Positions 18,669 to 28,038 of a stretch of 64,000 nucleotides of DNA are shown here, piece after piece. Source of the DNA: Nannocystales bacterium (lineage in GTDB: Bacteria > Myxococcota_A > Polyangia > Nannocystales > Nannocystaceae); NCBI GenBank assembly GCA_050633305.1, contig JBOEGF010000032.1:192001-256000 (forward strand), given 5' to 3'. The notes under the pieces are model-generated. The model did no database searches. It was not told where the DNA came from and saw nothing but the letters and a program-made list of their open reading frames with translations. Within the stretch, counting starts at the first letter, position 1, and each line of letters starts with the position of its first letter. Both the position numbers and the translations under genes were made by a program.

Positions 18669-21353
18669 GTGAACCCCGATGCCCACCCGCTGTCTGCGAG
18701 CTTGCGCGGCGGCGAAACCGGAGCGAGCTACGAGATTCTCGGCAAGCTCGCCACCGGCGGTATGGCGGAGCTGTTCTTGGCGCGTGCCCCCACGCCCAAC
18801 GGCCGCCCCGGTCCCGTCGTCGTCCTCAAGCGCATCCTCCCGCACCTCGCAGAAGATCCTGAGTTTGTCCGGATGTTTCGCGACGAGGCATACCTCGCCG
18901 CGACGCTGAAGCACCCGAACATCGCGCAGGTCTTCGACATCGGCCGAGAAGGAGAGGACTACTTCTTCACAATGGAGTACGTGCACGGAGAGAACCTCCG
19001 GGCGATCCTCCGTGCGGCGCAGAAGCGGGGCGAGAGCATCCCGCTCACCCACATCCTCACCGTCGCGATGGGGCTCACCGCCTCGCTGCACCACGCGCAC
19101 GAGCAGACGGACGACCAAGGGCGTCCGCTTCATATCGTGCACCGGGACGTGTCCCCGACGAACGTCTTGGTCGCCTACGACGGCTCCCTCAAGATCGTCG
19201 ACTTCGGCATCGCCAAAGCGGCCGCGGGTACCCACGTCACCCAAGCCGGCATGCTCAAGGGCAAGGCGTCATACATGTCGCCCGAGCAGTGCCGGGCCAG
19301 CAAGGTCGATCGGCGAAGCGACGTCTTTGCGATCGGCATTCTTCTGTACGAGATGACCACGCTCACCCGCCTGTTCAAGGGGGACAACGAGCTCGCCATC
19401 CTTCATCAGGTTCTCTCAGGTGCCGTCGACGCACCTTCGAGCCGCCGCCCGGGCTATCCGCCAGAACTCGAGCGCATCGTCCTCAAGGCGCTCGCACCCG
19501 AACCGGATCATCGATACGCCACGGCGCACGATCTCCAGGCCGACCTGGCCCGTTTCGGCCAGCAAAACGGCCTAAGGCCGTCGACCCCCGCACTCGGTCA
19601 GTTCCTACGCGGCCTGTTCGGAAACAAGCCCCTGCCCTGGCAGGACGCGCCGACCGCCCCTGCCCCAGAGGTCAACCTGGTGGCCTCCCCTGCCATCCCC
19701 GCGGCCCCGGGCTCCCACGCCGACGACGGCGACCTCACCGTCACCCGCGACGTCAATGCCCCAGCGCCCGCGCAGGCGCCTCCCTCCCCCCGGCCTTCAG
19801 CCCAGCCCTCAGCCCCCGCACCGGCCGCCGCGCGACCTGCTCGGGGACCCGCCTCGCGGAGCCCTGCGGCCAAGCCCTGGCGGCCCGGTGGAAACCGGCG
19901 GCCTCCCGCGCCTCCCGCCGGTGCCCCGCAACCTCGGGTGACCCCAGCACGTGGGCGTCCGGCCGCGCCACCGCCGAATCCCCACGCTGCAGCCCCCCAA
20001 CCCGGCGCCATTCCGAATACCGCCAAACAGGCTCGTCTGGGCGAGGCGCCCTCGCACGCTCCAAGTCGTCCCACGGCTCCCCGCACGCCGAGCGTCGCGA
20101 AGCCGCCATCACCCCGTCCTCCGGTACCGCGCCCCGCCTCGGCGCGAGCTCCCTCCGTGCCTGCAGCCAAGGCCCCGGCTCCCGCACCTGTGCCGCGACC
20201 GGTTCCGCGACCGGCAGCACGACCCGCCGGAGCCCGCCCGCCCGCGCCGGCCCGCCCGCCGGCCTCCGCAGCCTCGTACGCCCCGCCCCCGCCGGACTAC
20301 GACATCGACCCCGAAGAGAGCAAGACGGCGATCGCAGGGGACGCCTACGACCCCATGCTGGAGGCGAAGACACGCGTCAGCGGCCACTCCGCGGACGATG
20401 TCAAAGCGTTCCTTGCCGCCGCCGCTCCAGCGAACCTGGCGTCCACCGAGTCGGCGAGCCAAACGCTCGCCGCCAAGACGCAGGTCGCACCAACCTCAGC
20501 CGAGGCCGTCCGTGCATTCATCGCCGCCGGGCCACCTGCTGACCTCGTAGGCGACCGGCCCGATCCGCTCGTCGCCAAGACCCAGCTCGCTCCCGCCACC
20601 GCGGCCGAACTTGCGGCGCTTGCCGCCGCCGCCAAGAAAGCGGAACAGCGCGACCTGTTCAGCACTCCCGCAGCGCCCACTCGCCCCGGCGGGAAGCTGC
20701 CTCCGCAGCCGCAGCCCTCATCGGTCACGATCCCCGCCTCCGGGCCCAGCAAACAGCCGCGCCGACCCAGCGTCCCTGCGCCCGCAGACCTCCCTCCCCC
20801 CGGAGGGAGCCACGCGGCCCCCCGGGCCCCCGCTCCGAGCCCAGCCCCGCAAGACCTCCCGCCTCCCGGTGGCCAGGCCGCGCAGGCAAACCGCCGCGAC
20901 ACGATCATGAATGCGCCGGTGCAACCTGCTGCACTCGGCGGTCCGGTCCGCACCCTCGCCCCCGGCGCCCCTGCGCGAGCCGGGTACGCCGCCGAAGCAG
21001 ACCTCGACGACGCCGCGACCATGCGGATGAACGTCAACGACGCGATCGCGGGTGCGGCCCCGTCCCCCGCCCCGAGCCCTGCAACCCATCAGGCGCCCGA
21101 GCCTGCTGTCCTTGCGACCCAGCCGCAGCAACGCTCTCCGCTGGGTCCCCCGATGGCGCCCATCCAGCAGTGGCAAGGCGCCACGCCTCAGGGTGTCCCG
21201 TCCGGTCATACCGTCCCGATGCCGATGGTCGACCTGGACGACGAGCCTCTGGTTGTTCCCGGGCGCAACGCGAAGCTGATCGCCATGGTCGTTACGGTCA
21301 TCGTCGGACTCGCCGTGGGCGCGGCCGTGGTCGGGTTCTTCCTGCTCGACTAG
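18669..21353 (+). CDS. Ser/Thr protein kinase with long Pro/Ala-rich region and C-terminal TM anchor
   Basis: LATGGMAELF, VLKR, HRDVSPTN, DFG, KGKASYMSPEQ; hydrophobic C-terminus. Confidence 0.92.
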   Translation: MNPDAHPLSASLRGGETGASYEILGKLATGGMAELFLARAPTPNGRPGPVVVLKRILPHLAEDPEFVRMFRDEAYLAATLKHPNIAQVFDIGREGEDYFFTMEYVHGENLRAILRAAQKRGESIPLTHILTVAMGLTASLHHAHEQTDDQGRPLHIVHRDVSPTNVLVAYDGSLKIVDFGIAKAAAGTHVTQAGMLKGKASYMSPEQCRASKVDRRSDVFAIGILLYEMTTLTRLFKGDNELAILHQVLSGAVDAPSSRRPGYPPELERIVLKALAPEPDHRYATAHDLQADLARFGQQNGLRPSTPALGQFLRGLFGNKPLPWQDAPTAPAPEVNLVASPAIPAAPGSHADDGDLTVTRDVNAPAPAQAPPSPRPSAQPSAPAPAAARPARGPASRSPAAKPWRPGGNRRPPAPPAGAPQPRVTPARGRPAAPPPNPHAAAPQPGAIPNTAKQARLGEAPSHAPSRPTAPRTPSVAKPPSPRPPVPRPASARAPSVPAAKAPAPAPVPRPVPRPAARPAGARPPAPARPPASAASYAPPPPDYDIDPEESKTAIAGDAYDPMLEAKTRVSGHSADDVKAFLAAAAPANLASTESASQTLAAKTQVAPTSAEAVRAFIAAGPPADLVGDRPDPLVAKTQLAPATAAELAALAAAAKKAEQRDLFSTPAAPTRPGGKLPPQPQPSSVTIPASGPSKQPRRPSVPAPADLPPPGGSHAAPRAPAPSPAPQDLPPPGGQAAQANRRDTIMNAPVQPAALGGPVRTLAPGAPARAGYAAEADLDDAATMRMNVNDAIAGAAPSPAPSPATHQAPEPAVLATQPQQRSPLGPPMAPIQQWQGATPQGVPSGHTVPMPMVDLDDEPLVVPGRNAKLIAMVVTVIVGLAVGAAVVGFFLLD

Positions 21354-21380
21354 CGAGCGCGAGCCCGGCACGCTCCATCT

Positions 21381-21869
21381 GTGACCACCCGTCTGTGCTT
21401 CGTCTGCTTGGGCAACATCTGCCGCTCCCCGACCGCGGAGGGCGTGTTTCGCCACCTCCTCACGCAGCGGGACGATAGCGCACCGTATGCGTTCGAGAGC
21501 GCAGGAACCGCTGCGCACCACACGGGCGAAGCACCTGATCATCGCGCGACCGAAACCGCAGCACGCCGCGGGATCCGACTCGCGGGTGCGGCGGCACAGT
21601 TCACCGCAGAGGACTTCGCACGGTTCGACTGGGTCGTCGCGATGGACGGCGCCAACAAGCGTGACCTCCTCTCCCGAGCGACATCCGAGCAGGACGCCGC
21701 GAAGGTCGTGATGTTGCGAGACTGGGACCCCCACAGCGGCGGTCCGCACGACCTCGACGTTCCGGATCCCTACTATGGCGGCGCCTCCGGCTTCGACGAT
21801 GTGCTCGACATCTGCCTCCGCTCATGCGCGGCCTTGTTGGATGACCTCGAGGCTCGCTCGCGTGCGTGA
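21381..21869 (+). CDS. Low-molecular-weight protein-tyrosine phosphatase
   Basis: P-loop VCLGNICRSP and DPYYG. Confidence 0.94.
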   Translation: MTTRLCFVCLGNICRSPTAEGVFRHLLTQRDDSAPYAFESAGTAAHHTGEAPDHRATETAARRGIRLAGAAAQFTAEDFARFDWVVAMDGANKRDLLSRATSEQDAAKVVMLRDWDPHSGGPHDLDVPDPYYGGASGFDDVLDICLRSCAALLDDLEARSRA

Positions 21870-22710
21870 GTCTCTGGACCGACACCTCACCCGCGTGCTG
21901 GGTTCGAACGTCACCACGCGGCGACGAGTATCCGGTGGGGACACATGCGACGCATGGCGCGTCCAGCTCACGGATGGACGGACGGTCTTTGCGAAGGAAC
22001 ACACCAACGCGGGCTCGATGTTCGACATCGAAGCGTTCGGCCTGCAATGGCTCGCTCAAGCGCTGGCCCTGCGGGTCCCCGAGGTGGTCCACACTTCCTC
22101 GCGAGCGCTCGTGCTGGAGTTCGTCGAATCGGGGACTCGAAGCGCTTCGTTCGACGAAACGCTGGGGCGAGGCCTGGCGCAACTGCACGCCCTCGCGCCG
22201 CCTTCGTTCGGTCTGGCTCGGCACGGTGTTCTTGCCTCACTGCCCCAAGACAACACTCCCGAGCCCGATTGGGCGACGTTCTACGGGGTACGACGCCTCG
22301 TCCCGATGCTTGCGCTGTGCGTCGAACGTGGGCACCTCCCGGCCGAGGCTCGCGGCGAACTCGATGCACTGCTCCGCGTCCTTCCCCAACGGCTCGGTCC
22401 GCCGGAGCCCCCGGCCCGCCTCCACGGAGACCTCTGGTCGGGAAACGTCATCGTCGACGCTCGCGGGGCACCGGTGCTCGTCGATCCGGCCGTGTACGGA
22501 GGCCACCGCGAGACCGACCTCGCGATGATGCGCCTGTTCGGGGGGTTTTCTCCCGCGACCTTCGCGGCCTACGAAGAGGCGGCCCCCCTCGAACCCGAGA
22601 GTCGGGACCGAGTCGAGCTCCATCAGCTCTACCCGGTCTTGGTGCACGCAGCGTTGTTCGGGGGCCACTACGGCGGTGCAGCACGCCGCACCCTCACCCG
22701 GTACGCCTAG
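21862..22710 (+). CDS. Fructosamine kinase family protein
   Basis: VSGGD, FAK, EAFGL, LHGDLWSGN, DPAVYGGHRETDLAM and YPVLVHAALFG; overlaps the PTP gene. Confidence 0.92.
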   Translation: MRESLDRHLTRVLGSNVTTRRRVSGGDTCDAWRVQLTDGRTVFAKEHTNAGSMFDIEAFGLQWLAQALALRVPEVVHTSSRALVLEFVESGTRSASFDETLGRGLAQLHALAPPSFGLARHGVLASLPQDNTPEPDWATFYGVRRLVPMLALCVERGHLPAEARGELDALLRVLPQRLGPPEPPARLHGDLWSGNVIVDARGAPVLVDPAVYGGHRETDLAMMRLFGGFSPATFAAYEEAAPLEPESRDRVELHQLYPVLVHAALFGGHYGGAARRTLTRYA

Positions 22711-22752
22711 GCAGGCCTGGACCGACCCGCCCCCGCGAACCGCGGGCGGCGC

Positions 22753-24123
22753 TCACGAGGGGCGCTTGGCCTTGAACTCTTTGACGTCGATCGACGCGAG
22801 CAGGTCGGGTGGCAGCCGATTGCGGGTGAAGCTGCGGGCGGGGAGCAGCGCCCGTGTGGCGTCGATCCCCATCTTGGCGCTTCGCCCATCTTCGTGCCGA
22901 CACGACGGGTCCAAAGGGGTGCCCTGCTGGTCAGCCAAGATATGGACCTTTTGATCGGCCTGGGTTTGCAGCGCGACCGCAGCCATCACCTGGCGGAGGT
23001 CTCCAGGATCCACGTCGCCGTCGACGACAATGACATGCTTGGCGTAGATGTCCGCCGCGAGCATCGCCTCGATCAGGCGCCGCGGCTCGTCGTCATCAGC
23101 CTTGTCGATCGCCACCACGGCCGTCAAGGGTGCCGGGAGCGCCAGACCCACGAGCGTCTTCGCCACAGCCAGGGCGGTCTTTCGGGTCCGATGCTCGATT
23201 GCCGGCATCGAGAGCACGAGGTGCTCCATGTGCCCCGAGATGATGTCCTGAAACAGGAAGTCTTGACGGTGTGTCATCGCGGACACCCTGAAGACAGGCG
23301 TCTGCGCCACCCCAGTGCCGTAGCCCGTGAACTCCCCGAACGGCCCCTCTCGCATCCGCTCATCGTGGGTCACGACCCCTTCGAGGACGAGTTCGGCCCC
23401 CGCCGGAACACTGAGACCGGGCTGGCTGACACACGGAACGATGTCGAGCGCCGCTTGGAGCAGCCCGCCGATCACATCGTACTCTTCGTCGTCCGCCGAA
23501 CCCGAGTACAGCGCGCCCAGGGCAAACAGCGGATGCACACCCAGGATCACCGCGACGGGCATGTCTTCGCCGCGAGCGACGTACTTCGCGAAGATGCCGT
23601 CGAGGTGTTTGCCCTTCTCCATCAGGATCCCGGTGCGGTCCCGCCCGGCGATCATCATGCGGTGGTAGCTGAGGTTGGTCTTGCCCGTCTCCGGGTCCCG
23701 AGCCAGGACGATCGCCGCGGTGAGGTACGGTTCCTGCGCGTCGTCGAGGTGGTAGGTCATCGACGGCAGAATGCCCAGATCGATGTCGGCTCCCTGGAGC
23801 ACCACCTCCTGGCAGGGCGCGGCCTCGACCGTTCGCGGCGGGATCGGAGCCTCGGCTCGCTCCCCGAACGTAGCCGAGACCTCGGAGACCGAACACCCAA
23901 GCGCCAACGCCAAGCGGCCCATCGAGCCGCACACATTGGTGACCACGGTGCGTTCGCAGCCCGCGACGTTCCGAAACACGAGCAGCGGCGATCGCCCACG
24001 CTCTTCGAGCTTCGCGACGATCGCAGCGGTCTCGTACTTGGGCTGAACCTCCCGCTCGACATCCACGACGTCCGCGCGCCGTTTCGTGCGTACGGCCTCG
24101 ATGAACGTCCGAAGGTCGCTCAT
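22753..24123 (-). CDS. UbiD-family (prFMN-dependent) decarboxylase
   Basis: NLSYHRM, VPAGAELVLEG, EGPFGEFTGY, VIVVDGDVD, PLDPS and KMGIDAT. Confidence 0.9.
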   Translation of the reverse strand: MSDLRTFIEAVRTKRRADVVDVEREVQPKYETAAIVAKLEERGRSPLLVFRNVAGCERTVVTNVCGSMGRLALALGCSVSEVSATFGERAEAPIPPRTVEAAPCQEVVLQGADIDLGILPSMTYHLDDAQEPYLTAAIVLARDPETGKTNLSYHRMMIAGRDRTGILMEKGKHLDGIFAKYVARGEDMPVAVILGVHPLFALGALYSGSADDEEYDVIGGLLQAALDIVPCVSQPGLSVPAGAELVLEGVVTHDERMREGPFGEFTGYGTGVAQTPVFRVSAMTHRQDFLFQDIISGHMEHLVLSMPAIEHRTRKTALAVAKTLVGLALPAPLTAVVAIDKADDDEPRRLIEAMLAADIYAKHVIVVDGDVDPGDLRQVMAAVALQTQADQKVHILADQQGTPLDPSCRHEDGRSAKMGIDATRALLPARSFTRNRLPPDLLASIDVKEFKAKRPS

Positions 24124-25724
24124 GCCGGGGGCGTCTCCGCAGCTTCCTTACGCAGCTTGCCGCGGCTGACCTTGCCCGAGCCCGTCTTGGGCAAGGGAAC
24201 GTCCCGAAAGACGAACACCTTCGGCACCCGAACGAACGGCAGCGACTCCAGGCACAGCGCCTTGAGGGCACTCGCCTCGAGGGGCTCACCTTCGGTCAAG
24301 CAAATGTAGGCGACGATTCGTTCACCGAGCGTGGGGTCCTTGATGCCGATAACGGCGACCTCTTCCACGCGAGGGTGAGCCGCCAACACGGCTTCGATCT
24401 CCTGCGGGAAGATGCGCTCACCGGCGCTCTTGATCATCTCGGAGCTGCGACCGGCGAGGTAGAGATGGCCGTCGTCGTCGAGGTAGGCCAAGTCACCGGT
24501 GCGCAACCGACCTTGAGCGTCGATCTTCCCCAGCTCGCGATGATCCCCCGAGACGTACCCGAGCATGATGTTGGGTCCACCTGCGGCGACCTCCCCGATT
24601 TCGTTGGGGCCCACCGGTTGCTCGTCGCTGCCGAGGATCTCCAGCGTGGTTCCTGGCAGCGCCTTGCCGACCGAGAATTTTCCATCGGTTGCCTTGACGA
24701 ACAGCTCGTCGGGCCCGATGTACGTGATCCGCGGCGACGCCTCGGTCTGTCCGTATGCGATGTGGATGCCGGTTTGCGGGAGCATCTCGTCCAACCGCTT
24801 CAGCTCCTCGATGGGGAGCGCACCGCCGGTGATCAGCACGTAGCGAAGCGCCTCCGGAGGCGTCTTGGACATCTTGGAGCGGTCCATGAGCTGCTTGAAG
24901 TGGAACGGAACGCCCGAGAAGCCAGTGGTCTTGTGTTCGACGAGTTCGAGCAGGACCTTCTGCGGGAAGGCGAATCCGGCGGAGAACACGATCGTCCCGC
25001 CGATCATCGCGTGCCACAGAAGCTGCATCCGGCCATGGATGTAGTGCAGGGGCACCACGACGAGGATGCTGTCCTCGGCGGTCAACCCCATGAGGGCGTT
25101 GCCGGCCTCGAGATTCGAGGAGAAGTTCTTGTGCGACAGCGTGACGCCGTTGGGGCGACCTGTCGTTCCAGACGTGTAGACGATGAGCGCAGGATCGTCG
25201 GCAGCGACCGCGCTTGGCTGCGGCGTCCCACCGGCTCCGAGGATCGTCTCCAAAGCGACGACCTCGCGGTCCTGTCCATGCTCCGGCCCAGGCCCGGCAA
25301 GTGACTCAACGAGGGGCTCCGTCGTCAGCACAAGCCCCGGCAGCGTGAGCGCAGACTCTCCGACGCAGTGCTTGTTGGCGGGTGCAGCATCGACGCAGAT
25401 CGCCTTGGGGCTGGCCTCGTCGAGCACCGCCTGGATGGTCGATCGACCGGCGAGTCCAGGGACGTCAACCGTCGCGGCGCCCGCTTTGAGGGTGCCCCAG
25501 AACCAGCACAGGGCTGGGAGGGTGTTGTCGCAGAGCAACGCGACACGGTCCCCCGGACCAATGCCACGACTCTGCAGGAAGGATGCGACGGCGTCGCTTC
25601 GGCGGTCCAACTCGGCGAAGGAGATACGGTCTTCGCCCTCCACGCCGCTGGGACCCGAGAAGATGGCGGCTGGCTTGTCGGGATGCTTTTGGGCATCCGC
25701 GCGCAGCCATTCGAACAGCAGCAT
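24120..25724 (-). CDS. Class I adenylate-forming enzyme (acyl-CoA/acyl-ACP ligase)
   Basis: YTSGTTGRPNG, YGQTEA, RTGDLA, GRSSEMIKSAGERI and LPKTGSGK. Confidence 0.92.
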   Translation of the reverse strand: MLLFEWLRADAQKHPDKPAAIFSGPSGVEGEDRISFAELDRRSDAVASFLQSRGIGPGDRVALLCDNTLPALCWFWGTLKAGAATVDVPGLAGRSTIQAVLDEASPKAICVDAAPANKHCVGESALTLPGLVLTTEPLVESLAGPGPEHGQDREVVALETILGAGGTPQPSAVAADDPALIVYTSGTTGRPNGVTLSHKNFSSNLEAGNALMGLTAEDSILVVVPLHYIHGRMQLLWHAMIGGTIVFSAGFAFPQKVLLELVEHKTTGFSGVPFHFKQLMDRSKMSKTPPEALRYVLITGGALPIEELKRLDEMLPQTGIHIAYGQTEASPRITYIGPDELFVKATDGKFSVGKALPGTTLEILGSDEQPVGPNEIGEVAAGGPNIMLGYVSGDHRELGKIDAQGRLRTGDLAYLDDDGHLYLAGRSSEMIKSAGERIFPQEIEAVLAAHPRVEEVAVIGIKDPTLGERIVAYICLTEGEPLEASALKALCLESLPFVRVPKVFVFRDVPLPKTGSGKVSRGKLRKEAAETPPA

Positions 25725-25763
25725 GATGAAGCTCCTTGGCTGAAGAGACGCCGACCGCCACGC

Positions 25764-25806
25764 GGTCTCGGCCAGACCGGGTTCAGACCCGGATCAGACC
25801 GAGGCC
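25764..25806 (-). other. Stable stem-loop immediately downstream of the ACP gene
   Basis: Minus strand GGCCTCGGTC-TGAT-CCGGGT-CTGA-ACCCGG-TCT-GGCCGAGACC: perfect 6-bp inner stem plus imperfect 10-bp outer stem, no U-tract. Confidence 0.6.
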
Positions 25807-25814
25807 GAACGGGC

Positions 25815-26051
25815 TCAGCCGTTCTTGTTCTTTTCGATGTAGGCGGTGAGGGCTTTGGCGGAGCCGAAGTTGTCCGGAGTGATGTCGTCGATCTCGACAT
25901 CGAATCCGTACTGGCCTTCGATCCACACGACCAACTCCATCACGGCGGTGGAGTCGATGACACCCTGCAGGCTGGACTCGGCATCGATGTCGGTCTTGCC
26001 CGGGGCCAGCTCTTTGGTGATGTAGGTGAGGAGGTCTTGCTCGGTGCTCAT
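25815..26051 (-). CDS. Stand-alone acyl carrier protein
   Basis: 78 aa acidic protein with GVIDSTAVMELV (phosphopantetheine Ser) and DITPDNFGS. Confidence 0.9.
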   Translation of the reverse strand: MSTEQDLLTYITKELAPGKTDIDAESSLQGVIDSTAVMELVVWIEGQYGFDVEIDDITPDNFGSAKALTAYIEKNKNG

Positions 26052-26092
26052 GGTTCGTTCCCTGATGGATACCCTGAAAAAGAAAGGGGGTT

Positions 26093-27259
26093 TCAGAAGC
26101 GCAGGACGTCGCCGACGCGGTGTTCTTCGATGCGTCGTTCGTCGACGAGGATCCCCAGCCCTGGGCATGAGTCCGGCCCATCTTTGGGGCCGGCGGTGGG
26201 CTCGTCGCTTCGGGCGCGATGGTCGCTGGATTCGTCCAAGATGTCCACCTCCAGCAGGAACACATTCTGTCCCTTTCCGTCCAAGCACGCGAAGCCAGCC
26301 TCGCAGCGGCCAAACACCTCGCTGGCCCTCGACAACACCCCGGTTTCGCCGACCATCGTCCCGAGGTGGATCTCCACGCCCGCCGCCCGCGCCCTCTCGC
26401 ACAAGCGATGCGCGGCCCACACCCCACCGTTCTTCCCCAGGCGGACGTTGAAGATGGCAGCCGCATCGCGATCGATCAGCTGCCGCGCGTCCTCGAGGCT
26501 GCGCAAGGACTCGTCTGCCATTACGGGGATGCCAGTCTCCTGCTGAATCCGATGCAGTCCGTCGATATCGGCCGCCTCGATTGGTTGCTCGATCGACGCG
26601 ATCGCGGCGACCGACTGTAGTTCTTTGAGACGATCGATCGCGTCGGTGGCGGTCCAAGCAGCATTCGCGTCCAAACGCAACGGCAGCGTTTTGAAGACCT
26701 TGACGATCGCCGCCAACCGCTCGGCGTCGTCATCGAGGCCGACCTTGACCTTCACGTGCTTCTTGCCGGAGAGCCGGAGCGTGGCGCAGTAGCGCGCGAG
26801 CTTCGCCGTCGGATGTTCGAACCCGACGATGACACCGGCGGGGAGCTCCGGTCCCGCCTCCCCACCCAAGGCTGCCGAGACCGGCTGTCCCAGGGACTGA
26901 CCCACAGCGTCGAGCAGTGCGAGGTCGAAGCCACACAGCGTCGCGAGTCGAGGTCCACGCGCCTCGGCCTGCGCCTCGAGCCACCCGGTAGCGTCGGGCC
27001 AGGACGCAAAGCTCTGCCCGAGCAACGCCTTCGCCATCGTGGGTCCGTCGTCGCGGAGGACGTCGTCCATCGACTCCCCCGTGACGTACTTGCGAGGCTG
27101 AATCTCGCCCCAGCCCCGAGACCCGTCGTCGCCCACGACGGTGACCAGAGCCGCGTCGGCATGAGCACGCTCGTGCAACGCGTGCTTGAACGACCGCTTG
27201 AGCGGAATGCGAACGTGCTGGAGGTGAACGGCTTCGATGCGCATCGGCCAGTCCTTCAT
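26093..27259 (-). CDS. Enolase superfamily enzyme (muconate cycloisomerase / dipeptide epimerase subgroup)
   Basis: GWGE, KVKVG (KxK), LDAN, IEQP, MADES and NVRLGKNGG. Confidence 0.88.
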   Translation of the reverse strand: MKDWPMRIEAVHLQHVRIPLKRSFKHALHERAHADAALVTVVGDDGSRGWGEIQPRKYVTGESMDDVLRDDGPTMAKALLGQSFASWPDATGWLEAQAEARGPRLATLCGFDLALLDAVGQSLGQPVSAALGGEAGPELPAGVIVGFEHPTAKLARYCATLRLSGKKHVKVKVGLDDDAERLAAIVKVFKTLPLRLDANAAWTATDAIDRLKELQSVAAIASIEQPIEAADIDGLHRIQQETGIPVMADESLRSLEDARQLIDRDAAAIFNVRLGKNGGVWAAHRLCERARAAGVEIHLGTMVGETGVLSRASEVFGRCEAGFACLDGKGQNVFLLEVDILDESSDHRARSDEPTAGPKDGPDSCPGLGILVDERRIEEHRVGDVLRF

Positions 27260-28038
27260 GCCATGGACACGCCGCCGCAGACGTTCAACGACTGCCCGGT
27301 CATGCCGCGTCCCTCGGGGGACATCAGGAAAAGCGCCAAGCCGCCGACTTCACGCGCCGTGATGAGCCGCTTCTGCGGACTCTCTTCGAGAACCTCTTCC
27401 ATGTAGCTCTCCGCGTCCTTCCCGAACAGCTTGGCCCGCTTCTCCATGGCATCGCGTACGAGATCCGTGTCGACGAACCACGGACAGATCGCGTTGACCG
27501 TGATCCCGAGCTTTCCCACCTCGATCGCGACCGACTTGGTGAATCCCAAGACCGCCGCCTTCGAGGATGCGTACGCGCTGTAGTACGCGGCGCCAACCTT
27601 GGCCGAGACCGATGAAACGTTGATCACCCGGCCGGACTTCTGGCGAATCATCTGGCGCAGCGCCAGTCGCGTCAGGGAGATCACGGGGAACAGGTTGACG
27701 TCGTACAGCTCGCGCACCCGCGCGTCTTTCGACATCACGAGGTTGGCCACGTAGTTCGTGCCCGCGTTGTTCACCAACACGTCGAGCCGCCCAAACGTTT
27801 CGGTCGCCGCCTTGATCAAGGCTTTCTGAGCCGCCTCGTCCGTGACGTCGGTGGGGACCGCGAGCGCCGTACCGCCCGCGGCCTCGATCTCCGACGCGAC
27901 GCGTTCGATTTGGTCCGCGCTGCGGGCCGCGAGCACCACCTTGGCCCCCGCGGCGGCGGACATTTTGGCGACGGTCTCGCCGATACCGCGCCCCGCTCCG
28001 GTCACGAGCACGACCTGTTCGGTGAGGCTGATGTTCAC
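27256..28038 (-). CDS. SDR family oxidoreductase
   Basis: TGAGRGIG, NNAG, SS, YASSK and TGQSLNVCGG. Confidence 0.92.
   Translation of the reverse strand: MNISLTEQVVLVTGAGRGIGETVAKMSAAAGAKVVLAARSADQIERVASEIEAAGGTALAVPTDVTDEAAQKALIKAATETFGRLDVLVNNAGTNYVANLVMSKDARVRELYDVNLFPVISLTRLALRQMIRQKSGRVINVSSVSAKVGAAYYSAYASSKAAVLGFTKSVAIEVGKLGITVNAICPWFVDTDLVRDAMEKRAKLFGKDAESYMEEVLEESPQKRLITAREVGGLALFLMSPEGRGMTGQSLNVCGGVSMA

Noticed and set aside
21381..21869. LMW-PTP as the Wzb of the EPS locus
   Set aside because: It is more than 16 kb from the export genes, coupled to a fructosamine kinase, and no BY-kinase is present in the window.
22753..24123. Naming this gene ubiD (quinone biosynthesis)
   Set aside because: The family is clear, but the ACP/ligase context and lack of ubi or men neighbours argue against assigning that function.
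22894..24309. Long antisense ORFs, e.g. 471 aa here, and 40850-42406, 49001-50704 and 53296-54852
   Set aside because: Shadows of real genes on the opposite strand, expected in high-GC DNA; no family motifs.
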